A stretch of DNA of 64,000 nt from Narcine bancroftii (taxonomy: Eukaryota), in assembly GCF_036971445.1 (NCBI RefSeq), contig NC_091472.1:168454001-168518000 (forward strand), read 5' to 3'. The first letter of the stretch is position 1. Every line of letters starts with the position of its first letter. The position numbers and the translations under genes were made by a program. The notes below the pieces were generated by a model. The model was not told the DNA's origin. It searched no databases and was given only the letters and a program-made list of their open reading frames with translations. Of the stretch, positions 1-10,614 are shown piece by piece.

Positions 1-1734
1 ATAAATTTACAAATATTGTCTGTTGTTCGTCTTTTTTTAATAAATCCAGTTTGGTCTAGATTTACTATTTTTGGTACATAGTCGGCTAATCTGTTTGCTA
101 ATAGTTTAGCTATTATCTTATAATCTGTGTTAAGTAAAGATATTGGTCTATATGATGCTGGTGTGAGTGGATCTTTCCCTGTCTTTGGTATTACTGTAAT
201 TATTGCTGTTTTGCATGAATCTGGTAAGCTTTGTGTTTTATCAATCTGGATGATTACTTCCAGGAGGGGAGGAATTAATAAATCTTTAAATGTTTTATAG
301 AATTCTATTGGGAATCCATCCTCTCCTGGTGTTTTATTATTCGGTAGTTTTTTTTATTATCTCTTGTATTTCTACTATTTCAAATGGTTCTGTTAATTTA
401 TTTTGTCCTCTGTTTGTAATTTCGGTAGTTCAATTTTAGTTAAAAATTCATCTATTTTGTCTTCTTTCCCTTCGTTTTCAGTTTGGTATAATTGTTTGTA
501 GAATTCTCTGAAGTTTTCATTAATCTCCGTTGGATTATATGTGATTTGTTTGTTTCTTTTCTCCTTGATGCCAATACCATTCTCTTAGTTTGTTCTGTCT
601 TAAGCTGCCATGCTAGAATTTTGTGCGTTTTTTCTCCTAGTTCATAATATTTCTGTTTTGTCTTCATTATGTTCTTCTCCACCTTATATGTTTGTAGTGT
701 TTCATATTTTATTTTTTTATCTGCCAATTCTCTTCTTTTAGTTGTGTCTTCCTTCATTGCTAATTCCTTTTCTATATTTGCTATTTCCCTTTCCATCTGC
801 TCTGTTTCATGATTGTAGTCCTTCTTCATCTTGGTTACATAACTTATTATTTGCCCTCTGATGAACGCTTTCATTGCGTCCCATAGTATAAACTTATCTT
901 TCACTGATTCCGTATTTATTTCAAAGTACATTTTAATTTGTCGTTCAATGAATTCTCTAAAATCCTGCCTTTTAAGTAGCATGGAGTTTAATCTCCATCT
1001 ATACATTCTTGGAGGGATGTCCTCTAACTCTATTGTCAATATCAGGGGTGAGTGGTCTGATAATATTCTAGCTTTATATTCTGTTTTCCTAACTCTGTCT
1101 TACATGTGAGCTGATAACAGGAATAGGTCTATTCTTGAGTATGTTTTATGTCTACCCGAATAATATGAATATTCCTTTTCCTTTGGGTGTTGTTTCCTCC
1201 ATATATCCAAAAGCTGCATTTCTTGCATCGATTTAATTATAAATTTGGTTACTTTTTTCTTTCTGTTAATTTTTTTCCCAGTTTTATCCATGTTTGAATC
1301 CAAATTAAGGTTGAAATCCCCTCCTATTGGTATGTTCCCTTGCGTGTCTGCTATCTTCAAAAAATATCTTGCATAAATTTTTGATCTTCTTCGTTAGGTG
1401 AATATACATTGAGTAAATTCCAAAACTCCGAATATATCTGACATTTTATCATTACATATTTCCCTGCTGGATCTATTATTTCCTCTTCTATTTTAATTGG
1501 TACATTTTTACTGATTAATATAGCTACTCCTCTAGCTTTTGAATTATATGACGCTGCTGTTACATGTCCTATCCAATCTCTCTTTAATTTCTTGTGCTCC
1601 ACTTCAGTTAAGCGTGTTTCTTGCACAAATGCTATATCAATTTTTTCTTTTTTCAGTAAATTTAGCAGTTTCTTCCTTTTGATTTGGTTATGTATTCCGA
1701 TAATATTTAAAGTCATATAGTTCAGCATAGCCAT
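1..1734 (-). pseudogene. L1 ORF2 (APE endonuclease and RT N-terminus), disrupted and truncated by the window edge
   Basis: Fragments are nearly identical in protein to ORF2 of the full-length copy (MATLNYMTLNING...). Breaks near 1360, 1100 and 550. Confidence 0.9.
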
Positions 1735-2131
1735 TTCATACTTTGTTTATCTTTCCTTTCCGTTTCCTCATCATCACCTTTCCTTCTTATCCATTTCTGC
1801 TTTCTTGTTTTGAACACTTTATAAGACAACATTTCTAAAACATCAAACATTCCCCTTATTCTCCTATCTAAAATTTCTTTAACCCCACTATCCCCTCCCC
1901 TTCCTGAGTTGCCCTTTATCCCTTGTCGGGCAACCACATCTCCCCTCTCCATTTGGATTTGCGAATTCACTCGCAAGCATCAACTGATTTTGCAGTGACC
2001 GTATCTCCTCCCCACCCAGCCTCCCCCCAGAAAAGATTTTAATTTTCATATACAACAAAGGTCACTCTCTTAATTCCCTCCTTACTTCCTCTCTTCTCTT
2101 TCTTTCCCTTATTAATTCTTATCTATACTCT

Positions 2132-2260
2132 NNNNNNNNNNNNNNNNNNNNNNNNNNNNNNNNNNNNNNNNNNNNNNNNNNNNNNNNNNNNNNNNNNNNN
2201 NNNNNNNNNNNNNNNNNNNNNNNNNNNNNNNNNNNNNNNNNNNNNNNNNNNNNNNNNNNN
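2132..2260. other. Assembly gap (129 N)
   Basis: Run of n characters. Confidence 1.
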
Positions 2261-2269
2261 TTGCTCTCG

Positions 2270-3486
2270 TTACATGTCTTCATCTCCCTGTCTGTTTTGT
2301 AGTTGTTCTGCACATTTTCGTGCTTCCTCCGGATCCGAGAATAGTCTGTTTTGCTGCCCTGGAATAACTATTTTAAGTACCGCTGGGTACTTTAGCATAA
2401 ATTTATATCCTTTTTTCCATAGGATTGCTTTTGCTGTATTAATCTCCTTCCTCTTCTTCAGGAGTTCAAAAATTATATCTGGATAGAAAAAAATTTTTTG
2501 ATGTTTGTATTCCAGTGGCTTTTTGTCTTCTCTTATTTTCTTCATTGCTTTCTCCAATATATTTTCTCTTGTTGTATATCTTAGGAATTTTACTAAAATG
2601 GATCTTGGTTTTTGTTGTGGTTGTGGTTTAGGGGCTAATGTTCTGTGTGCCCTTTCTATTTCCATTTCTTCCTGTAATTCTGGTCTTCCTAGGACCCTGG
2701 GGATCCAATCTTTTATAAATTCTCTCATATTCTTGCCTTCTTCATCTTCATTAAGGCCCACTATCTTTATATTGTTTCTTCTGTTATAATTTTCCATTAT
2801 ATCTATCTTCTGAGCTAACAGCTCTTGTGTCTCTTTAACTTTTTTATTAGATTCTTCTAATTTTTTTTTAAGCCATCTACTTCCATTTCTATGGCTGCTT
2901 CTCGTTCTTCCACCTTGTCCACTCTTTTTCCTATATCTGACATGACCATCTCTAATCTATTCATTTTTTCTTCTGTACTTTTTATTCTCCTTTTTATTTC
3001 ACTAAATTCTTGTGATTGCCATTCTTTTATTGATTCCATATATTCTTTAAAAAAATATATATCCATTGTCTTGCCCTTCCCTTCATCTTCCATTTCTCTG
3101 TGTTCTTCTTCTTCTTCTTCCTCTGGGTTGGTCATCTGTTGTTTCTTTGATTTCTTTTTACTCTCTTCTTTCTTGTTCTTGTTGTTTTCTATGTTCTCTT
3201 CTTGTTGTTGTGCTGTAGCTGTCATTCTCAGCTGTGGAGATCGACTCCTCAGCTGGTCCCCCCTCCTGTCAGTGTTTTTTTTTGTCTTGCGCAGTTGCGC
3301 ACTTTTGACTGGCTCCGCGAGCCATTTTTGTAGTCCCGAGCTCGGGACTTCGACTGACCTGAGGGAGTGGGCTTCTCTCTCCACAGTGGGCCTCCTCGAA
3401 CAGGTAAGGCCTTCACCTTCTTCTTCCGATGTCTTTTCTTCTTCTCTTCTTCCCGTTGCTTTCAACTTTTCTTTCTTCATTGCCAT
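2270..3486 (-). pseudogene. L1 ORF1 (coiled coil, RRM, CTD), frameshifted near 2860
   Basis: Two ORFs (209 aa and 175 aa) are collinear with the intact 400-aa ORF1 at 16098-17300; the break lies in an A-run. Confidence 0.9.
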
Positions 3487-5654
3487 TTTCTTCCCACCTT
3501 TACTTTCACTTTATTTTAATTTTCGTGTTTGTGCCTTTGCGTTTTCTCGGTTTTTTAAACTTTTTCGGAGAGGGCTGGAGTTCCCCGACCGGCCACTACT
3601 CCATCACGTGACTCCTCCCTTAAAGATTTTGATGGAACCTGTGAAGGCCATTGCTAACCATTTAGGACAATTTACCAGAAATGGCAAATTGATAATGGGT
3701 CCATCGCACTGATCAATGTAATTGAAAGTATAAGGCACAGTGTTCTCTGTATAATGACAAATCATATTCAACCTACAAGCAGCTATTTTCTACATTCATC
3801 AATATGGCTGTCATTGTCTTTAATTAAAATCCTAATATTGTAATTTAAAATAAATGAAGAAACTTCTCCATCACTATTCCCATTCTACAGTTTTACAATT
3901 CATTGGTGGCAAGCTTCAGGGATCATCTGGATAATCATTTAAAAAATGGCACAATAATGATAATACCAAATCTAAAATACCGTAATCCAGTGATATATTT
4001 AAAATTGGCTTAACAAAGCAATTTCATAAATTAGTTTTGTATCTATTGAAGTCATTCAGAATAATTATGGTCTGCCTCTAAATTTATCTAGAATGTTAAG
4101 ATTTTGATTCTTGATTGGAAGGGAGATATTCAGTCTTTAGATATCTCATCAGTTCATGATTGTATTTATGACTGGAAGGCAAATATCACCCCAAGAGAGT
4201 TCCCATTATTTAATTCAGCTAGGAAATTGATGCTATAGTTATAATTTTAAATCTAACATTAAAAAATATGGGATAAAGGCAGTACGCTGACTGGCCAAAT
4301 TTTAATTGAAAGGCAAACATGCTCAAGGTGCTCCAATATTCTGAAAAGGTCAGGGATGCTAGCAATGTAATAATACATCAAATGGAGCTGCAAAATCCAG
4401 CGATACACAGATCTGTACTTTTCATTACCACCTCTCATTTGTCTCCTTCCTAATTATTGCATTATTTCTGACTGATAAGACATGTTGTTCCCAAATTGCT
4501 TTTGTAGCCAAATATCTAGAGACTTAATTTTCCATCTATGGTTCTTTGACTCTCTGCCATTTGTGTGGAATCATACCACCTGCCATCTGCTCATAGGGCC
4601 TAGCACAAAGTAAACTGCAGCCTGGAAATGATGTCACATTAATAAAGGCACGTTAAAGCAGACCTGCTTAATGTTTCTGTGTCACATGTGCAAGGTGCCT
4701 ATCATACATTCACAGTGTTTTAGGTGGAATAGTTACCCAGTTCAACATGATCAAAGACCTTTTCTCCTTTGCTTGTGAAGAAAATTAAGTTAGCCATAGT
4801 TCACAAGAATGGTACAGGGAGATCTAGGGTCAGGTAGGACCTGAGATTCATTGGAGATAGTGATTAGTTGGTTGGGAACAATGGCAGGTTGGGCCTCTGG
4901 GGAATGGGTAGCCTGAAGGCAGGGACTATTCCATGGATGTTGGATGTGCAATAGGAAAGTGTTGGGGAGAGTGCTGACCTGAGAAATGTCAGGCTCAGTG
5001 TGGTTGGGCAACTGGATATGCAGGCAGGAGTCATAAGGACATCAATAGGTAGAAGCAGAACAGGAATGAATGCCAAGGTACACATTTCAATTTTCTAGCA
5101 AAATGGCCCCTTAGAATTCACATTGGTGGAGTAGACAATGGTGGTCCCTTTTAACTCTCATCCCAACAGGCTCTGAATCTTCAGTTAAGGCCACTGTTAG
5201 ATCCACACATTGTTTTAGAATCTCAAAGGTTCCAAAGAATTTTGTGCAGATAATAGCTGTATTGTGCCACTGTGACATCACTACATGCATTCTGCACATC
5301 CTCCACAAAGAGAATCTGGGCCAAATCTATTCATGTGTGTGGTGGCCACACAAAGAACCAGATGGCATATAATGATTGTCTTTTAGGTAAAATTCAGTTA
5401 CAAGTGTGTAAAACATTATGCAACAGAATTCTAGCATAATACCTTAATTGTTAACATTTGAAATTGATACTCCTTTAAAACCAAAAGTAGTAAGTTTCAG
5501 GTTAAACTAACATCAAAAAGATATAATCTTAACAGTGAAGAAACTACAGTGATTAAAGGCACAATGAAATTAATATATCTCATCTTAATATTATCCTTCT
5601 ATCTTTTCCCTCACAGATTTTTCATGTCAGGTTGGAAACCTATAAAAGGTAAGA

Positions 5655-6558
5655 TGTGGCGGCTCACCACGAGGCAGGCGAACCGGCCCTGCTTGTAAGC
5701 CACGCAGCGGGGCAGCTGGCCAAAATGGTGCCGTCGGGGGTTTTCCCTTCCTCCCATCATGGGGCTCAGAAGCCTGTGCTGGGGGACCACGTGATGCCCG
5801 GGTGACGTCACGTATTCTTTCAGGAGTAGTGTAGCTGCCGCTAAAATTGGTGACCCCGACTGGTTCAAGCTGGTGCCTGGATAGTCTGAGGGATCTGGTA
5901 AGCACTCGCTTGATGGTCTCATATTTGTCTTCGGCAGGTGGGTGCTGAATAAGGTGAAGCACACGTCTGGTGATGCCCTGGCGGTGCAGCATTTCCGCTA
6001 TTTTTTGGAGGGGAGGACTTTTACCATCTTCACCGACCACAAACCCCTCACTCAGGCACTTGCGGTGGCAAAGGATCCCTGGTTGGCCCACCAACAGCGT
6101 CACCTCTCCTTCGTGTCGGAATTTACCATCGACATTTGGCTCAAGGCGGGGAAGGACAATATGGTTGCTGATGCAATCTTGCGACCGGCCATCTGTGCGC
6201 TGATGGCCGGCCTCGACTTCGACCAGCTCGCCCAGGACCAGAAGTCTTATGAGGAGATGAGGGCCTTCAAGACCGCCATCATGGGCCTGCAGGCGCCCCC
6301 AAGAGCATAACCAAGGCCACAGCATCCGCTCCAGGCCTCTGCTTCTACCACCAGTGCTGGGGAGCCAAGACACGGAAGTGTTGTCAGCTCTGCTCGTTCC
6401 AGGGAAACAACCAGGCTGGCCGCTATTAATGGCTCCAGCACGGTTCTCAGCCAGGAGTATAAGTGCAGCTCAACAGCCTGCAATAAACTAGTCTGCTCAC
6501 TGAGCTCAACCCATCTGGTTATGTGTGTTATTGCAGGAGCAGTGTAGCCGCCGCTACA
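5655..6558 (+). repeat. 5' LTR, split into 5655-5810 and 6433-6558 by a ~620-bp rearranged insertion
   Basis: Both halves align in order to the 3' LTR (10317-10614); roughly 20 mismatches in the first ~155 bp by eye, mostly CpG transitions. Confidence 0.9.
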
Positions 6559-6560
6559 AT

Positions 6561-6573
6561 TGGTGACCCCGAC
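6561..6573 (+). promoter_or_regulatory. Primer-binding site complementary to the tRNA-Trp 3' end
   Basis: TGGTGACCCCGAC is the reverse complement of GTCGGGGTCACCA and sits 2 nt after the LTR end; a duplicate is at 5848-5860. Confidence 0.85.
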
Positions 6574-6598
6574 TGGTTCAAACATCTTTGAACCCATC

Positions 6599-7300
6599 AT
6601 GAGCGAGCCTGGGATCAGCGCTATAGCCGTGAAACTGCCTAAATTCTGGGTGCAGGAGCCGGAGACCTGGCTCGGCCATGTGGAGGCCCAGTTTCACCTC
6701 CACCAGATTTCATCCGACATGACCAAATTCTACCATGTGGTCACTGCCCTAGACCAGGGCATCACCAGACATGTGCTGCACCTTATTCAGCACCCACCTG
6801 CCGAAGACAAATACGAGACCATCAAGTGAGTGCTTACCAGATCCCTCAGACTATCCAGGCACCAGCTTGCCGCTCGGATGCTGCACCACGACACCCTGGG
6901 GACAGTTCCCCGATGGAGCTGATGGACAAGATGTTTGCGCTCATGGGTGATCACACCAACTGCCCACTCTTTGAGTGCATTTTCCTCGACCATATGGCCA
7001 GGGACATCCGGCTTCTCTGACCCGAGGAAGGTCACCCAGAAGGACCAAGAGCTATGGCACGCACGATTCCCAGAGGGCTCAGCGGTCCAGCAGGTCACGA
7101 AGCATGGGCACGACCACACCAAGCCCACCCCTAGCGCTGCGATAGAGCATCCGGCACCTGCAGGCGCCACCAAGAGCATAACCAAGGCCACAGCATCCGC
7201 TCCAGGCCTCTGCTTCTACCACCAGCGCTGGGGAGCCAAGGCTCGGAAGTGTCGTCAGCCCTGCTCGTTCCAGGGAAACAAACAGGCTGGCCGCTATTAA
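6599..7300 (+). pseudogene. gag: Gypsy gag (disrupted)
   Basis: MSEPGISAIAVKLPKFWVQEPETWLGHVEAQF... with a premature TGA at 6827-6829 and frameshifts; C-X2-H-X9-C-X3-C knuckle just before the stop at 7300. Confidence 0.85.
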
Positions 7301-7331
7301 TGGGTGCAGCAGCTGGCCAAGGACACAGCCT
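7273..7331 (+). promoter_or_regulatory. -1 programmed ribosomal frameshift signal (gag-pol)
   Basis: Slippery heptamer G GGA AAC at 7273-7279 in the gag frame; the -1 frame reads into the protease; stem GGCTGGCCGCT/AGCAGCTGGCC starts 5 nt downstream. Confidence 0.75.
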
Positions 7332-10245
7332 CCTCTACCTGCGGGACTCAATCAGCGGCTGGCGGTTCCTCGTTGACACTGGAGCCCAGATCAGCATCAT
7401 CCCGTCCATGGCTGTCGAGTCCAGGAACTGACCTCATGAACCTTCCCTCCGTGCGGCCAACGCAATGGAAATCTGGACGAATGGAGACAAGACAGTCCAC
7501 TTCCAGATCGGCCAATGAAATTTTGCATGGAGGTTCACCGTATCGTCCCTCCTGACCGCCATTCTGGGCGCAGACCATCCTCGCACATGGGCTTCTGGTG
7601 GATATTCGAGGTAGGTGCCTGGTGGGCACCCGTACCTTCCAGGCCGTTCGCCTCGACGCCTCCCACTCGGAGCAACAGCAGATAGCCAAGATCAGCATGC
7701 CCACAGATGAGTTCCAGCAAATCCTGGATGAGTTCCCAACACTCCTCAAGGCACAGATCTCCGCTGCCTTGCCGTGCCACGGGGTGTTCCACCACATCCC
7801 CACCCATGGCCCACCGGTTCACACCAAGGCACAACGGCTCCCACCTGACAAGCTCCAGGTGGGAAAGGAGGAGTTTTTGCACCTTTTGGAACTGGAGATT
7901 ATTCGGTGGTCTGAAAGCCCGTGGGCCTCGCCGCTCTACCTGGTCCCGAAAGCCTCCGGTGGCTGGCGTCCCTGCGGAGACTATCAATGGCTCAATGAGG
8001 CAACAGTTCCTGTCCATTACCCAATCCCTCACATCCAAGACTTTACGGCCAACCTGCACGGTCCGAGGGTTTTCTCTAAGGTTCACCTGGTGCGCGGATA
8101 TCACCAGATCCCGTTGCACCCTGAGGACATACCCAAGATGGCCATCATCACCCCCTTTAGCTTATTCGAATTCCTGCGTATGCCGTTCAGGCTCAAGAAC
8201 GCTGCTCAGACCTTCCAGCGCCTCAAGGACTCTGTGGGCAAGGACTTAAATTTTATTTTTATTTATTTGGATGACATCCTCGTCGGCAGCGAGGACCAGG
8301 TGCAACACAAGGCCCACCTACACACCTTTTTCTCCTGGTTGGCCGACTTTGGCCTTACCATCAACCCAGCCAAGTGCCATTTCGAGAAAGAGTCCATGCA
8401 GTTCCTGGGACATACCATCATGGCCGAAGCAGCCACGCCCGCCGCTGCGAAGGTCGCCGCTATCAGGGAGTTCCAACACCTGGACAGCCTCAAGGGGCTG
8501 CAGGAGTTTGCGGGTATGGTCAACTTTTACAACCGCTTCATCCCGGGAGCTGTGCGCATCACGCAGCTGCTATTCGCCCTCATCGCAGCCAAGCACAAAA
8601 TGCTCTCTTGGAACCCAGAAGCCTGCAACTCATTCAAGGCCACCAAGGATGCCCTTGCGAAAGCCACCATGCTCGCACACCCGCACACCTACCTGCATAT
8701 GGCACTCTCTGTCGATGCCTCTGCCACAGCCATCGGTGCCATCCTAGAGCAGCAGGTGAATGGACATTGGAAGCCATTGGCATTCTTCAGCCACCTGCTC
8801 CACCCGCCGGAACGCAAGTATAGTGCCTTCGACCGCGAGTTACTGGGCATGTACCTGGCGGTACAGCATTTCCGCTATTTTTTGGAGGGGAGGACTTTTA
8901 CCATCTTCACCGACCACAAACCCCTCACCCAGGTGCTTGCGATGGAAAAGGATCCCTGGTTGGCCCACCAACAGCGTCACCTCTCCTTCGTGTCAGAATT
9001 TACCACCGACATTCGGCTCAAGGCTGGGAAGGACAATATGGTTGCTGATGCAATCTTGCGACCGGCCATCTGTGCGCTGATGCCTGACCTTGACTTCAAC
9101 CAACTCACCCGGGACCAGAAGTCTTATGAGGCGACGAGGGCCTTCAAGACCGCCATCACAGGCCTGCGGTTCTGAGACCTCCCAACTCCGAGCGGCAAAG
9201 GCACCATCCTGTGTGATACCTCCATGGGCACCCTGCGACCAGTGGTTCCCCAACAGTGGCGCAGGCACGTCTTGCGTCACATCCACGACCTTTCACATCC
9301 ATCCATCAGGTCCACGGTCCGGATGGTGGCAGAACGGTTTATATGGCATAGGCTATAGAAGCAGATTGCAGGCTGGGCCAGAACATGCACCCATTGGCAG
9401 ATGTCCAAGGTGCACAGGCACACCAGGGCGCCTATACAGGAGTTCGAGCAAGTCCAGGAACGGTTCAGTCACATTCATGTGGACATCAACAGGTCCTTAC
9501 CCATTTCCCGGGGCAACCGTTACCTGTTTACGATGGTGGACCGCATCACTCGCTGGCCAAACGCCTCCACCAACTCCTGCTCCCGAACACTGTTGCATGG
9601 TTGGGTCGCCCGGTTCGGCGTCCCGGGTCACCTCACCAGCGATCGGGGCACCCAGTTCACATCTGCGCTCTGGGCACAGCTCACCAACAGGTTGAGGATA
9701 TAGCTACACCGCACCACGGACTACCACCCGCAGGCCAATGGACTGGTCAAAAATCTGCACTATCACCTTAAGTCGGCACTCATGGCCTGCCTCACCAGTC
9801 CCAACTAGGTGGATGAACTGCCTTGGCTGCTCCTGGGCATCTGCTCCACTCCCAAGGAAGATCTGCAGGCGTCATCAGCTTAGCTGGTCTACAGTGCACG
9901 TCTGGCACTACCTGGTGAGTTCATCAATGCACATCACAATCCCCAGTGGTCGCTGCATGATCTACTTCCTCACCTCAGGGCATGCTTGGATTTGTTAAAC
10001 CCCCACCGCTGCCCAGGCATGGCACCCACCCGTCTCACATTCCCAGTGAACTGCTTTCCGCGGAGTACATTTTCGTTTGGTGGGACCCGACTGAGGAACC
10101 TCTGCAGCAACCGTACGAGGGGCTGTACAGACTTGTATGGCGTTCCGGCTCTACGTTCATGCTGGACATTGGCGGCAGGCAGGAGCTGTTTACTGTGGAC
10201 AGACTGAAACCAGTGCACCTCAATCCCCCGAGCCCGTGGTCGTAG
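7273..10245 (+). pseudogene. pol: Gypsy pol (protease, RT, RNase H, integrase), multiple stops and frameshifts
   Basis: FLVDTGAQ; 525-aa ORF 7598-9175 with [24 protein letters not shown]; integrase HIHVD and TSDRGTQF in 9401-9703; QPYEG in 9982-10245. Confidence 0.92.
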
Positions 10246-10316
10246 CCCAGCCCAAGAAGTGAGGTCAGCCGGCGAAAAAAGAAATTGGCGCCGGTTCTGG
10301 GGGGGGGGGGGTGATG

Positions 10317-10614
10317 TGTGGCGGCTCACGACTAGGCAGGCGAACTGGCCCCACTTGTAAGCCATGTGACGGAGCAGCCAGCCAAAATGGCGCCATCGGG
10401 GTTTTTCCCTTCCTCTCAGCACAGGGCTCAGAAGCCCATGCTGGGGGACCACGTGATGCCCGGGTGACATCAGCACCCTCCAGCGCGGTTCTCAGCCAGG
10501 TCCGGGCTGGGAGTATAAGTGCAGCCCAGCAGCCTGCAATAAACTAGTCTGCTCACTGAGCTCACCCCATCTGGTTGTGTGTGTTCTTTCAGGAGTAGTG
10601 TAGCTGCCGCTACA
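10317..10614 (+). repeat. 3' LTR (298 bp)
   Basis: Follows the PPT; TG...CA ends with inverted termini; internal TATAAG and AATAAA. Confidence 0.95.

Larger units (their letters stand above)
1..3619 (-). mobile_element. L1-clade LINE, 5' half (5'UTR, ORF1, spacer, ORF2 endonuclease and start of RT); runs off the window start
   Basis: 5' end GGGAGGAGTCACGTGATGG matches the element at 11443-17434. ORF1 pieces 2857-3486 and 2270-2797 (NRRNNIKIVGL, IERAHR, YPD). ORF2 pieces 1357-1734, 1100-1360 and 452-1039 carry APE motifs (VQET, GGDFN, SRID). Several frameshifts; N-gap at 2132-2260. Confidence 0.95.
5655..10614 (+). mobile_element. Ty3/Gypsy LTR retrotransposon, CsRn1-type, decayed but complete
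   Basis: Termini TGTGGCGGC...GCCGCTACA; 4-bp TSD AAGA (5651-5654, 10615-10618); PBS TGGTGACCCCGAC; G-run PPT 10299-10311; gag with CHCC knuckle CFYHQRWGAKARKCRQPC; protease LVDTG; RT YLDD; RNase H; integrase with GPY/F-like tail. Confidence 0.95.

Noticed and set aside
2891-3712. 273-aa plus-strand ORF antisense to L1 ORF1 (ORF0-like?)
   Set aside because: Low-complexity S/F/L product expected from the pyrimidine-rich antisense strand; the equivalent frame in the second copy stops at 17181.
5627-6373. 248-aa minus-strand ORF
   Set aside because: It crosses the rearranged Gypsy fragments (antisense RNase H, a gag piece, LTR) and is a by-product of GC-rich sequence.
7707-9080. Several overlapping alternate-frame ORFs within Gypsy pol
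   Set aside because: GC-rich shadow ORFs with no recognisable motifs.
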